A stretch of 64,000 nt of DNA from the human T2T-CHM13v2.0 reference genome, Homo sapiens: assembly GCF_009914755.1 (NCBI RefSeq), contig NC_060929.1; one strand, given 5' to 3'. Shown in pieces: positions 1 through 14,070 of this stretch (positions are counted from its first letter, which is position 1; every line of letters begins with the position of its first letter). A program made the position numbers and the translations under genes. The notes beneath the pieces are model-generated. The model searched no databases. It was not told where the DNA came from and worked only from the letters and a program-made list of their open reading frames with translations.

Positions 1-110
1 AGATGTTTGAGGCAATGAATATTATAAATACCCTGATTTGATGATTATATAATATATACAGGTATTGAATATGTATGTGTCAATTAGAAATAAAATAAAA
101 CTTTAAAAAA
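1..110 (+). mobile_element. L1 (L1MA-like) 3' end with A-rich tail
   Basis: ccctgatttgatgattata...caattagaaataaaataaaa resembles an old L1 3' terminus. Confidence 0.55.
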
Positions 111-112
111 AC

Positions 113-570
113 TTATTATTTCTTTATTGAATAGCCTTGGCATCTTTATTGAAAATCAATGAGCCATTTATGTGAAAATATATTTCTGTTCTGTCTGATT
201 CGAGTTATATTAATTTAATTGAGCTTTTTAAATAAATAGCTTTGGTTTCATTGATTTTCCTCTGTGGCTTTTCTGGTTTTCAGCTTTATAAATTTCTGTA
301 CTTATCTTTATTGTTCCCTTTTGGCTGTTTGAGATTAGCTTTCTATTTTTTTTGGTTTTATTTCTTAAGGTGAATGCATAAATAATTGATTTGAAACCTC
401 CCTTATTTTCTGCAAGCATTTAATATTATGAATGTTCTTCTAAGAGATGCTTTGGCTGCATCACACAAATTTTGATATATTGTGGTTGTATTTTTCTTTA
501 ATTCAAAATATTTTCTAATTTCCCTTTTGTCTGCTTTTTTGACTCATGGATTATTTACCAGCATGTTGTA
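113..570 (-). mobile_element. Old L1M fragment
   Basis: T-rich antisense L1 motifs (ttggcatctttattgaaaatcaat, gctttggctgcatcacacaaattttgata). Confidence 0.65.
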
Positions 571-1329
571 CTGTGCTCTGTTTAATAGGGACACAGTTAT
601 TTGATCTAGTGCAAAAAAAAAAAAATAGAGTGCCTGAACCACAGAGAACAGGATAGTAACTATTATTAATCTGCAGTATTAATCACAAAACCAACTAAAA
701 GCCCTATTTGGCAAATCCCTTGAACCCTGGTACCATAGATTGGAAAGCTATTGCAAGAATTATGTAAATATTAAATTTATAATGCCTAGTAAAAGTCCCT
801 GCAAATTTTAAGTCCTTAAGTGTTTTTATTTTATTTTTTATTTATTTTTTTTTTTGCCATCCCTTTCTCACTGCTTCATTTTGCAATGCCAGCACCATGT
901 ATCACATGTTAATACAGGAAGAGAACTTTCTAATATTTTTCTAAAAGTTAATATATTCTTAAATGGTTAATAAAATATAAAACTGTATGCTTTATGGTAA
1001 CCTCTTTGCACCATTTAAATCACAAAAACAAAATTTAAAGAAGGAAAAGTACTAGCACTAGGTAAAAACATTATATATTTTTCCAAACAGTGTTATAATA
1101 GTGTATTTTTTTTTCTTAAAAGACTAGGTTTCTTAGTGTGTTGGCATTTTACAAATCAGTAGGATATTGGTGAATTACAAAATGGAAGTGGGACTCACGT
1201 CTATATTTTTTGCTTTTTCTTTCTTCATAGTTAAATGGAAGTACTGTTGAACGCATTTATTCACTCATATTTGGTCAAGATCTTGACAAATTTATTGGTT
1301 GCTGGATACTTTTATATCACTACGAAAAT

Positions 1330-1830
1330 TTCTGAGCTTTCTTCAGGACATGGCTTAGTTGGAAACAACTTGATTCTTTCAGGTCTTGCTTTTAAGCACT
1401 AATTTTCTTTCCTAGTGAGACAAAATCCTTTGCATTCTAACCTGCAATCCTTGAAATAGGAGGTTTTCTATCCTGGTTGGTGTGAACAGACACTTATCTC
1501 AATCATGCTTAAACATCAGCTACTGTTCTTTCAGGTGTTTCTTTTACTGGAGATGGGTAATTTCTTCACAGGCATGCATGATTAATAATCAGCTGTGTAC
1601 TGAAAGGGGACCTTCTGAAGATTTCTGGAGTTCTGGCTTTGCACATCTCCCTTCTCTCTTTAGTAGTATGCCTTGCAAATTCTAGGCATCTGGGCTTCCT
1701 CAAATTTCCAACTCTGTCTGCTCAACTCAGGGAGACGACTGCATCTGACTGAATTTTCTATCCCTGCACCACACCCTAGTAACTTTCTCCAGCTGAGGTA
1801 GTCTTAGCGCTTACCTTATTTGTTTCTCTC
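1330..1830 (-). mobile_element. Old L1M 5'-region fragment
   Basis: ttggaaacaacttgattctttcaggtcttgcttttaag and ctctgtctgctcaactcagggag resemble antisense L1M 5' sequence. Confidence 0.5.
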
Positions 1831-2767
1831 AGGGATTGCTGCCTTTTATTTTTTTTATTTTATTTTTTTTTGCCAGACTGTTTCTTAAGTGCTCATACCT
1901 TTCACTGGATTTTTATAAGAATCAAATCATAAAAATGATTTGTAAACCACAAAATTGTATGTAATCATTAGATTGTTTTACTACTATAAGATAATCAACT
2001 GAATCTTAGTAGCTGAGTGCTACAGAATATCTTACATTTTTCACGTAAGCATTATAACATATCTAAAAATGTAATTTAAAATAACGAAACAATGCTGACT
2101 ACATTATATGATATGAATATATGGGAATTCAAGTTGATCTTAATGGTAAGAAAAATTACTTTGTACTACAAAATCTGCTCTACCACAATCTGAAACTCTG
2201 AGGCTCAGTTTCTGTTGCATGTTTTTGTCTCATGAATACCCTAATTATTATCTTCTAGTTATCCTTTATTTATTCTTATTCAGTGAAACATCTCTGTGAT
2301 GATATCTTCCTACTGTTTTCTCCACTAAAAATTCACCCCGATTGCTGAAAAGAGAGTGCAATGTCTCAATTTTTGCTTACTTGAAGAAAATGGTGCTTTA
2401 AATTATGTAAATAACTTTTGGATGTCTTTCTTTTATGTTACAGATATATGAAGTCTGGGGGTAAGACCTGCAGTAATTTCCCTTAAGGTAAGGATGTTTT
2501 CATCTTTTCTGTTTCCATTTGTTTAGAGCTACCTATACAAAGCACAATAAAAGGGCCTCTTTTAAGAAAGTTAACCTATTCAAAATTTAAATTATGAGAA
2601 ACAATCCCACTGTCACTGAGACGAGCTTTCCTAAGACAGATATATCCCCTCTTTAAAAATTTCTTTGGCATCACCTGAAATTATGAAATGCTAAGATTTT
2701 GAATAAATGAAAGTTTGTTTTTTCTTCATCTGCGTCATTTTCAGATACCTAATGAGTGTATGCTAAT

Positions 2768-3133
2768 TGATATGTTAGGCTTTGTGTCCCCACCTAAATC
2801 TCATCTTGAATTGTAATTCCCATAATCCCCACGTATCAAGGGAGAGACCAGGTGGAGATAATTGAATCACAGGGGCGGTTTCCCCATGTGTTCTCCTGAT
2901 CGTGAGTGAGTTTTCACGAGATCTGATGGTTTTATAAGTGTTTAGTAGTGCCTCCTGCGTTCATTCTCATTCCTGCCGCCTTGTGAAAAAGGTGCTTTGC
3001 TTCCCCTTCGCCTTCCGCCATGATTGTAAGTTTCCTGAGGCCTCCCTATCCATGCTGAACTGTGAGTCAATTAAATCTCTTTCCTTTATAAATTAGCCAG
3101 TCTTAGGCAGCAGTATGAAAACAAACTAATACA
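2768..3133 (+). mobile_element. THE1D-like MaLR solo LTR
   Basis: TG...CA termini (tgatatg...actaataca), THE1 body, 5-bp TSD CTAAT at 2763-2767 and 3134-3138. Confidence 0.93.
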
Positions 3134-6100
3134 CTAATGAAGAAAAATCAAAGACTAATTTTTATTGCAAAATACTGTAAATTTTATTATGTACTTGCTT
3201 AATATTGAGTATCTCATAAGGATAATTCTATCAAAGTCCATGCAGACAATGGGAAGACAAGCATGCAAAGTAGCTTTTCGGTGGCCTTAGTTTACCAGTT
3301 ACTTAGTAAGACAAGAATATGAGTAGGAAGTGGAGTAAATGTAAGCTACCATGAATCAAAATGTGGTTAGATGGATTGAAAATGAGGCAGAAGACAGTCT
3401 CAGGCAAACATCTTTATTAGATTTTATGCCTGAGAATATACTTCTATCATTCAGATTTGTTTATAAGGCCAATGGGAACAAATGATGGAACATGCTGACT
3501 ACATGGAGCTAAAAGTTAATGCTGAGTGAGGATCAGTTTAGCACATCTAAATCATAAGGTGTGTGTCTATTTAAGGCCAGAGCAAGTGGTTATTCCATGT
3601 AGTTAAGCAACGAAGCCTGTTCACGGGTAGGAGGTGAGGCTTTGTTATTATTTTGACCAAGTGGACTGGATTTGGTAAATGATAGCAAACATTAAGTTAT
3701 TTTAGTATTTGTATAATGGCAGATTATTTTCTTTTCATATTTATTTTTATACATAGCAAATTAAATGTCAAGTCAACCAAGTAAAATGATTGATTTCTCT
3801 CTAGAAGATAGAATAGAAATTTTAAACAGCTCTCAAAGCGTTAAACGAAATGTCCAAGGGCTATAAAGGGAGACTCCATGGAAAACTGTATTCAAATTGG
3901 TGCAGATTGTCATATCAATGCAGCATATGCACCATTATAACCATGCAGCTCGATACAGCAGGTATGGTACATCTGAGCAGTAACAGGTAAATTGAAAGAA
4001 AATAAAAACTTAAATTTGGCACCTCTTTATTTAAATTGGAGAGCTTTTTAATCTTTTTAGAATCCTCTTGATTTTTTTTTCTTAAGATAGATGGGTTAAA
4101 ATTATGTGACTAGGAGATGAAAATTTCAATCTAAATTATAATTATTTCCTACATCTGTTCTGATACATTTAGAATGGTTTGTGCTTGTAAATTAGGTGTT
4201 AATGAAATAAAAGTGTTGTAACCATGTGGAACATAAGAATTGCAATTGACTGAAGAAGATTCTGTAAATTCTCTAAGGAGACTCGACTGCAAAGAAAGCT
4301 CTCATGTGCTACATGCTATACACAAAATTATGTCTTTATACACTTAACTGTTAAATTTAAAGTAAAAACCTAAAAATTGCCAAAGGGAAGCATTACTAAG
4401 AACTGCTTTTTAAAGACTAGCATTCTACTTTTATTACTTTGTCTTTACTTCGTTTCTGAACCAGTTAGCTGCACGCTGTGTAAAAGACATAATATTTTAC
4501 AGCCTTCTAGACCCGCTCCATAGGGACACAGGCTCAGAAGTGTGCCAAATCATCTTTAGAAGGTGAGCTGGTAGCGGTGAGGGTCTGCCTTGGTTGCCTA
4601 TTTTTTTAATGTCCTGATCACACTCTGGATTGTTGTCATGCAATAAATTCTACTTCTGCTAACTAGAGGATATTTCAGTTATATTTTTGTTAAACAAATG
4701 CCCAATTTAATACAATTTATATTTAAGTGATATATATTTATGTTAAAGGGATGAAATGAATAAACTTACAGTGATATCATTCCTAAGAAAGCCTTCCAGC
4801 ACAGTTTGGTATTAGTTTTATTAAATTAAGGTGAATTACTGGAAAGCAGAATGTTAAGAAATATGCGGTTATAATACTGTACAAGGTGCATATAAGTATT
4901 ATAAAATTGTTTTCATATGTCCCTAGGAACTTAATTCCAATTTGCCTTTTGTTATGGGCAAAATACCTACTAGGTGTTTTGTAGAAATATGTTTAATACT
5001 CTGATATGACTTGAAGGTTGCTAAATAATGAATAAATTTGAAAAATAACTTAAAAGAATTTACACCTGACAAAATAAATTATTACCAGATTCAGAGATAA
5101 TTTGACTAATTATGGCTATACTCAAATTCCAGTATAACACACTAAGATTTATTTAGATGAAACATCAATACAATTTTGAATTATTAGAAATTTGGAATAA
5201 TCTTACTTGAACTTCACTCCATGTTGTGAGTGTGTATAGCTTTTCAAATAAAAATGTCGTATTTAAGTAGATTAAATGAAATTCATGTATTTTAGGTGAG
5301 ACATCAGCTAAGAGAAACTTGTAACTAATTCTCATCATGATTGATGAATTATTGTGTAAGTAGTTTTCTCCAGTGGAGGGAAACCTTCTAAATACATTTC
5401 ATTTTACTGTTGGACTTGTCATTGTTCTCTATGTTCTTATTTATTTTCCTAAATGCTTCGTGTTATGCATTTCTCTTTTTGAAGAAGGCAAACGTATTGT
5501 CAAAAATAAGTCTTCAAATGACTCCTTATGTGATTCTTAAACATTTTTATGTATTAATTTTTTCATTATCTTTACTGCTATTGAAAATGGGGAAAAAGAC
5601 ATCTGAATATAATTATTGACTAATAAGTTGGAGATTGATTTGTAGACAAACTACATAAATAATAATATAGGCAACCCTTATGGCAATGTTTGATTATTTG
5701 ATCATTGTTCTGATATATAGAAACTCAGTTTTGTGATTTCTTCCAAGCCCTTAAGGCTAAATGGTGGGATTTCAAATTATGTTATCCAACCTTAAGGTAT
5801 TTTCAAAATTATTAATTTCCCAGGTTTGTGTTTTCTTTTTTAGCTCTGCCAGACAAAGACATACTTTTGCCAGTAAAATATATATAAAAATTGATAGCCA
5901 GCATAAAGGATATTTAATTACAATATTGTTTCTTTAAATATTGCTAACAAAAATTTTGTATTGAAAAATATAGATAGCTGCAAGTCCTTATTTTCTTGAC
6001 AACTCTTGATCCTGCAAAACAATAAAAAATGCATTTATTAATTCATTTGAGGGCTCTAAATATGTAGCCTCATGTGCAAATTCCCTTTTACTCAAATGAT

Positions 6101-6783
6101 GAACATTATTTCTCCCCTTTCATGATTTTTTTCCCACAATTTGAGCCTAAAATTGAGGAACTATAATTTAAAAAATTCATCACTCATGAGCAGCTCTCAC
6201 TCTAAATCTTACAGATCTCATTTCTTTATGATTGTTTAATTTGTGACACATTTTTCCCCAAATAATTTGTTGTTGATGTATTTTCCTAAAAGCAATGAGA
6301 GAATAAAAGGCTACAAATTTTGAACCACTGAGATCAACTAATCCCCTTTGGCATTCCTTCTTGTCAATGTTTGTTAACTTGACATATGAATCAGGTTTTG
6401 TTAGTTACCTGAGCTATTCTTCCAAATATTACCCTATGGCTAATGTATGAGATTTGAGGTAGTTTTATGTGCAAGCAAATTAATCATTATTTTAATTTGA
6501 TAAATGACAAAAGCTTTTGCTTTTAAATTGTTTATATTTGAACTTAGAATCAATTTATTTGCTCTAAAAGTTGAAAATGGTTTCAATTGAAAAGATAACT
6601 TAAAAATTATAATCAGTACAATCATAACAGATCACATATATGCTTCTCCAAGAAATAACTTGATTCCAAAAAAAGTAAAAGGTCATTCCTATATAGATTC
6701 ACGGTTTTAATTTTTTCCTATTTTATCATGCTTTCCTTTTATCACACCCTCTCATTGTTTCTTCAAATTCAAAATTTGTAATA

Positions 6784-6945
6784 TTTTTGTTTTGAGACAG
6801 AGTCTCACTCTGTTGCCCAGGCTGGAGTTCAGTGGCATGATCTTGGCTCACTGCAACCTCCGCCTCCTGGGTTCAAGTAATTCTCCTGCCTTAGCCTTTG
6901 GAGTAGCTGGGAGTACAGGCACACACCACCACGCCTGGCTAATTT
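6784..6945 (-). mobile_element. AluS right-arm fragment
   Basis: ttttgagacagagtctcactctg...cctggctaattt; left arm absent. Confidence 0.9.
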
Positions 6946-7086
6946 AAAGACTTATTGTGGTTTTAAAGTTGATTTGAACAAATGCAGCCTTTATGACTCA
7001 TTGAAATGTATCACTTCTAGAGACCCATCTGAGATTGATACTCAGAATGTTTACTAATGGTAATAGAAAGTAAAGGTCACCCTAGC

Positions 7087-7133
7087 AACAACAAAAAAAG
7101 CAAAAAAAAAAAAAAAAAAAAAGAAAAGAAAAA
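7087..7133 (+). repeat. A-rich simple repeat
   Basis: Direct reading of a long A run with caa/gaaaa interruptions. Confidence 0.9.
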
Positions 7134-8098
7134 CATACCTAAAACCATTACTGAAATACCTTATCTGGTATGCTATGAGTATTCCAAGCATTATTTATGA
7201 ATGTCTCTTAAAATATATTTATTAGATCAATAATTCACTCTGAAAGCCTCTTGAATGACATTTTTAATTAGTTGTAGCACAATGATGGAACTACTATTTA
7301 ATCCTTGTTTCACAAGTAAACATTACACAATAATTTAACTGCTGATTTCAAACAAATTATTCAGTATATTTCATGTGATTTTTTTGTAAATAAAATGGAA
7401 GTTTTCTTTCTATATTACATCTTTGGAAAAAAATGTGATATACAATATTTAAGAAGCATTGTGTTCTCTATATGTGTTTAATTTTACAGAGGATGAATGA
7501 TGACTAATGGGCATTAATCAAAATAAGTAAAAATTATGACTACTGAAGCAGAAATTACTAAATTCTCGTAATTCATTTATAATAGTTTTGGGATCTGAAA
7601 GGAAACAATCAAAACAATAACATAGAAGAATTGAAAGAAAAGTATTTATCTACACACATTTTTACCTTCCAATTTGAGATGATTCTTCCTACATTTCTTA
7701 AATAGCTCCAAAGAAATTGTATGTACCCTAGTAAGTTGGGGCAGTCTTATAAGAGGAATTTCTGTAAACATTTAATCTAACTTTCTCTTTTTTTTCCCCA
7801 ACATATATTAAACATTTTTCTCTTGTTATCTCTTCCATATGGCTGAGAAATTATGTGTCTTCCATATGGTGGAAAAACGTTTGTGTTCTTGAAGTTGGCT
7901 TTCTGTTGTTCTTCCAACCCACTTAAGTATTACAGCATTTCTCTCATCTGTCTTATTTTATTTTTTCAGTTATTTACCTCTTTTTCTGTATATATCTACT
8001 GATTTTTTTAAATTAATGCATATAAACACATTACTAAACTCTTGAAAAGTTCTAAAGCCCTCCAAAATACAAACAGGTTATATTACTAATGTTTATGT

Positions 8099-8142
8099 AT
8101 TAGACTGATCATTGGTACTAATTAGACTGATAATTGGTACTA
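8099..8142. repeat. 22-bp tandem duplication
   Basis: attagactgat(c/a)attggtacta occurs twice in tandem. Confidence 0.85.
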
Positions 8143-8309
8143 ATAATCATATTGCCTATGAAACCAGTGTTACAAATATGTTCTCTAGGTTCTATTGCAA
8201 ATCACTATAATAATACACTGAAATAGTTTCACATTAGAACTTATTTTTTTAAAAAAGTTGACTGTTCCATTTTTTTTCCAAGCACTAGATGAGAGGTTCT
8301 GATTCATTA

Positions 8310-8317
<8 letters not shown>

Positions 8318-8356
<39 letters not shown>

Positions 8357-8366
8357 TACATATATA
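8318..8366. repeat. (TA)n(CA)n compound microsatellite
   Basis: Direct reading. Confidence 0.95.
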
Positions 8367-8663
8367 ACACTAAATATTATGTAAGCACTAAAATTCTGGA
8401 ATTTACATTAAAAATAAGTTACAAAGTTTTATAAGATTTTAGTGAACTATGAACTTTAACACAAACAATCCTGCCATTTTTCACGTTATGCTGCGCTTCT
8501 ATCATTAGCTACTCTGGGAGGTTTTCTTACTTTGGGTCTCACTAAGTTATTTGAAAAGTATGAGAAACAAAATTGTAAATTTCAGGCTTTCAATTTGTCT
8601 TGAAGTTTACAAAGCGATGTTCCAGGGAGAAGCTGCAACTAGTGTCTGTAGCTTCCCTTTTCA

Positions 8664-9064
<401 letters not shown>

Positions 9065-9916
9065 GAAAAATAGTCATTTTTGCTCTGTTGAAAAAGCATC
9101 AATAATTTTTTTCAGTTTATTTCCATTATGAAAGAATGTTGTCAGACATAATGTCCTAAAGTGAAATCAACATGTTTTATTGTGTTTTTTTTTCCTTCTC
9201 CAACTTAGCAAAGTAAATTGGCCAACTAGCAATCACATAACCTAAAATTATTCTATTAGCACTGAACTTATGAGTGCTAAGTACACATTTAAATAAAAAG
9301 TGTTAGTAATTTTATTCCAGTAATAAGAAATTTATCAATCAAAACAAACTATAGAATCATGTAAGATAATTTTGTCATGTACTCCTATTATTTCAATTTT
9401 ATAATATTCAATCTTCTGTATTTCTGATACTAGATTTTGGGGTGATATACATTATACATGAAAATATTTTCCTTCAAGCACAAAATAAAAAGAATGTATT
9501 TCAAGAAAGCATATCTGGACAATTAGTACCCTGTTTTGTTTTGTTCCGTTTGTATTCACTCTTAGGTAATTTGTTCCCCTTCTAATATTCTTAATACTTC
9601 TGAAATTGCTGGGTTGGTAATTGTTAGTGATGGAAGTTTCAGTACTTGTGACAGTCTTTTTTCACATGTTAGATAGCTGCTATGAGCACTGTACTTCTCT
9701 TTTCTCATTCTAGGCGTTAGCTCTCTCCCTTGCTCTTTGGTAACGTTTACAACCCTACACTATTGCAACAGTTCTTTGCCCAATGTCCGTCTTCACGTGC
9801 AATGTTGGTTACTTTTCTGTTTTTATTCTTGTGTACTTATTGCATTTTTATAACATAAAAATTATCTTAAAAGTAAGTGATTAACAGTAAAGCTAAAATA
9901 ATGGATATGAATAAAT

Positions 9917-9956
9917 TTACTATAAATTATGAAAAAAATTACTATAAATTATGAAA
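9917..9956. repeat. 22-bp-period tandem duplication
   Basis: ttactataaattatgaaa at 9917 and 9939. Confidence 0.8.
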
Positions 9957-10396
9957 TATTTAATATTTTCAAAATACAATTAAAAAGATAAAGTACAGTG
10001 TCTTTAAAATATCTTTACTCATGTAATATTGTCAGATAAATTGTAGTTTTAGAAATATCATGTTGATTATTACAATCAGGAAATAATTTTAAGTACATGA
10101 CATGAAATAACAACTATGCAATAGATTATACAACTATACTGTCGTATAAGGCATATACAAACTGGAAAGTTGATAACAGTTACATATTTTAGAAGTTTTA
10201 AAAGTCTCTTAATGATAAGATTCTGTATTACCTGTTTCAAGTTTTGAAATAGTACTAAATAATTATAAAATCCACTGTTCATTAATTAAAAAGGAACACA
10301 TGCTATATATGAATGTCTCAGAAAATAAAATTGTTTTCCATGGCTTTATTTATTTATGCTAGTTTCTCTTCTGCTTTTACTCAAAACTGTGGAGTA

Positions 10397-11060
10397 ACTC
10401 AGTGCTTATTTCTGGGCCTCTTCTTTTTTTTTTAGCCAAACTCTGTCACTAGATGCCTCATCCAATTTCATGGATTCTAAACATCGTCTATTTGTTACAT
10501 TGCCAGGCCTGACCTAGCTCCTGAGTTTGATTGAGATTATGTGCCCAACTCAGCCTCTCTACGTGGATGTCATCTTCATCAGTGCATCTTGTCAGTTCTG
10601 TCTAAAGCATAGAGGTATCCACTTTGCTCTGTCTTCATTGCCAGCATCCCAGTTTAGGTGAGCACCCTCTTTGTTTTGGCAATAGCCCTTTGACTGATCT
10701 GCCTGCTCCCAGAACTCTTGCTTCTTTGCACCTTGGCATTTGCTCTTCTCCTTGAAGGAAAGTTCTTACCCTGGCTCGCCGTTGAATCTCATCCTTCAGA
10801 TCTTGAACTCCTTCTGGACGACTTCCCAGACCACTTCCCTACTCAAAGTAATTCTTTATTACAACACTCTTCTGTTTCGTCTCCTTTCTTTTTGTCTATA
10901 GTACTTACAACTATCAGCAATTACTTTATTTAGTTTTATTTATTTTATATTTTCAGCTTCCTTTACTTAATTAAAAGTTACAGATAGATAAAGTTCTTGT
11001 TGATCTACTCTATTTCCAGCACCTAGCAAGATCCTTGGTATATGAAAACTACTTAACTAC
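10397..11060 (+). mobile_element. L2 fragments
   Basis: ctcatccaatttcatggattctaaacatcgtcta and 3' end ccagcacctagcaagatccttggtat. Confidence 0.65.
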
Positions 11061-11437
11061 TTCATGCCTCTTTTGGCAGTATTTATTGCAGTAGTTTTGA
11101 AATAGCTTTTAAAGTGTTAAATCATTTCTCTGAATGATTTAACTTGAAAACAGATAAGCTGTTCTGTTCTTATTGAAACAAGGTAGTGGCTAACCAACCT
11201 CAATCACATCATTTCTCTGGTCCCCTGCAGAATCCCCATGAGATCCCCACCAGTACTGTTAACTGGTGAAACCATGGTACTCCTCAGACAACCACTGACA
11301 ACTCCTCTGCTATTACAGTACTATGGCTAAATCCTCGTAGTGCTGGTAGGATAGCATAATAGAAATGCAAAAAACTTAGAGTCAGAAGATTTGGGAGCTA
11401 TTTACAACTTTACTACTCTAATAGATCCATTTGATTT

Positions 11438-11652
11438 TTTTTTTTTTTTTTGAGATGGGAGTCTTGTTCTGTCACCTAGGCTAGAGTGCAATGGCACGAT
11501 CTTGGCTCACCGCAACCTCCATCTCCTGGGTTCAAGTGATTCTCCTGCCTCAGCCTCCTGAGTAGCTGGGATTACAGGTGCCTGCCACCATGCCCGGCTA
11601 ATTTTTGTATTTGTAGTAGAGACGGGGTTTTACGGTGTTGGTCAGGTGGGTG
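11438..11652 (-). mobile_element. 5'-truncated AluS
   Basis: Right arm plus part of left arm; TSD CATTTGATTT at 11428-11437 and 11653-11662. Confidence 0.93.
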
Positions 11653-11780
11653 CATTTGATTTCTATAGGGCTAATCAAATTTGTAACTAACAGTAATTCA
11701 TTGAGATGATAACACAAAGCGCTAAGATAATAAATGGAACACCACTTTTTACACAGTAAAATCATCTTTAAATATTACAT

Positions 11781-11962
11781 TCTTTTTCTTTTTTTTTTCT
11801 TTCTTTTTTTTTCTTGAGATGGAGTCTTGCTCTGTCACCCAGGTGGGGGTGCAGTGGTTCGAACTCGGCTCTCTGCAACCTCTGCCTCCTGGGTTCAAGT
11901 GATTCTCTTGCCTCAGCCTCCAGAGTAGCTGGGATTACAGGCATGAGCCAACGCACCCAGCC
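11781..11962 (-). mobile_element. Monomer-length Alu (left-arm start joined to right arm)
   Basis: Minus strand reads ggctgggtgcgttggctcatgcctgtaatcccagc directly into tactctggaggctgaggcaagagaatc. Confidence 0.88.
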
Positions 11963-12039
11963 AGATTTTTTTTTTCTTTTTGTAAGATGGCATTTTGTAT
12001 ACAGCTGACATCGTCCACTAGTAAATTCATGACATTTCT

Positions 12040-12950
12040 CCCCAAATCAGTTCCTTTAGTAGTATCTCTTGTCAGTGATAACATTGTTTATCCAATCATC
12101 AAATGAGAAACCTTGGAATGACAGTCATTCAGCCTCATCTTTCCTTGTAAATCAAAGGTCCTGAAATTAACTTCTTTAATATATTTTAAACCCATCACTT
12201 CTGCCGACACCTCTCTAGTCCATGATAACATTATCTTTCTGTTGAATTAATGTAATAAACTCTTGATTATCTTTCCTAATATACTGTTTTCCCACCCCCT
12301 GCCAAGTCTGTGGTCCATACAGCTACTATCTTAACAAAATCTAAATTAAGTGATGTTACTCCCATGCTTAAATCTTTTGTTTCTAATATTTTAATATGCA
12401 TTGAAGCCACTTGGGAATATTGCTAAAGTGATCTTGGTTTAGCAACTCTGGGATGGAGTCTGAGATTCTATATTTCTCGCAAATTCCCAGATGATGCCAG
12501 TGCTATTACTCCATGCATGGTACTTTGAATAGCAAGGAGTAGATGATTCCCAGCTACACTGGAATAAATATTAAAACCTGTCCATGGTCTATAAATTCAT
12601 ACATGATATCCTCCTTGCCTTTAAATATCATATCATCTCTTTCCACTTTCCTTCTCAGTCTCTACATTCTGACCCTTCTTTTGGTGCCGTGAAGGCAGGA
12701 AGCTAATTTCTGCTTCAGAGTCTTTGCACAAGTTCTTCCATCTGTTTGGAATACCACACCTCCTACCCAATACTCACCCCTGCCCAGGCAACTTCCACTC
12801 ATGTTTTAGATGTCTCAGCTTAACTCTCACTTTCATGGAAGCTTTCCTGGAGGCTAAATATGGCTCGGTGCTTTCTCTTTTAGCTTTCATTACATCTCAC
12901 ATTTCCTCCTCATAGCATATATTATAGTTGTGATTAAATAAGTAATTACA
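12040..12950 (+). mobile_element. L2 fragments (interrupted by MER5)
   Basis: agaaaccttggaatgac, gtgatgttactcccatgcttaaa, tcactttcatggaagctttcctg. Confidence 0.65.
12395..12537 (+). mobile_element. MER5-family hAT-Charlie fossil
   Basis: ctgggatggagtctgagattc...ttcccagatgatgcc...tactttgaatagcaagg. Confidence 0.7.
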
Positions 12951-12954
12951 TTAT

Positions 12955-13200
12955 TGTCAACCTAAATAACAGGAAAAGTCTCTACAAGAAAATGATGTTT
13001 ATTTGGGAGTAGGCATTGCAATGGGAATATGCATGCCATAGTATAGTATACTATGTGTGTATTCAGGGAAGTAAAGGAAGACAAGACAATTTTTTTTTAA
13101 GATTACCTAATTGTTTTGAGATAATTATCCTTGGCTATAAGTATTAATATCAATAAGGGCAATAAGGGTGGTACCAGTACACATTTGAATAGACAGTTAG
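12955..13200 (-). mobile_element. ERV1-class LTR fragment (MER31-like)
   Basis: tgtcaacctaaataac...ggcattgcaatgggaatatgcatgccatagt...gagataattatccttggcta. Confidence 0.6.
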
Positions 13201-14070
13201 ATTAGCTGATAGATGGGAGAGATCAGCTAATTCCTATAGAAATGGGCTAGTGCTTGGTCTAGAAATAAACTATCTGTAGTTACTAAAAGGGTGATGAGTA
13301 ATAGGTAGGATAGGATGGGGGCTGGGGAAGCTAGAGGTAAAAGCTGAGTGGAGAACCTATGGAGAGAATGACATCTTGGCCATGCCTGGTTGGCTGCAAT
13401 GGACTCAATGAAGTTATTTTGATTAAGAAAAGAAAACTGCCATAGCGGAAGAGATCCAAAGAGGCAAGAACAGAGTAAAGGCCTCAATTACCCATGGGCT
13501 GAAGAAGTGAAGTTGAGTGAGTTCTAGAAACAAAGTTCAGAGTCAAGGAGAGAATTTGTCTCTAATTCTGGCCTAAGACACAATGAGGCCAAAAGTATAG
13601 ACTTTAGGTGAGGTAATTATGAAAATTGAAGGGATGGAGATACTCAAGACCACGCATCTGAGATGAAGCCCCAGGACACTGCAGGACTGCAGGAGTTTTA
13701 ATGACCATACCACAGCTGCTGGCAACGTCTCTGACTCTAATCTTTGTAGTGGAGAACAGTATAATTTGGGCATGACAAGGAGAGAGCAAGATCTGGTGTA
13801 GGCTCAACATAGCACACTCCGGTGGTCAGAGCAGAGATGGATATTATATCAGAGCACTCTATTTGCTTCAGTTAACCCTCTTGGATCCTATAACAATCTC
13901 AAAGGAGAATATCGTGTGGCATGCTAGGATATGCTGATATCCTGATGAATCTGTGGCACATTTTTGAAATAATGGAAGCTGACCCTTTTCTGCTTTCTGT
14001 ATTCATAACCATCTTCTAGTGGGCTTTTTTTTTTTTTTTTTAAGTCTACTGGCGCTCTCAAGCTGCCCTA

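Noticed and set aside
1274-1287. 14-bp perfect palindrome GTCAAGATCTTGAC
   Set aside because: A few palindromes of this length are expected by chance in 64 kb
9714-9739. Possible 26-nt + strand microexon
   Set aside because: Good acceptor but mediocre donor (TTG|gtaacg); expected by chance
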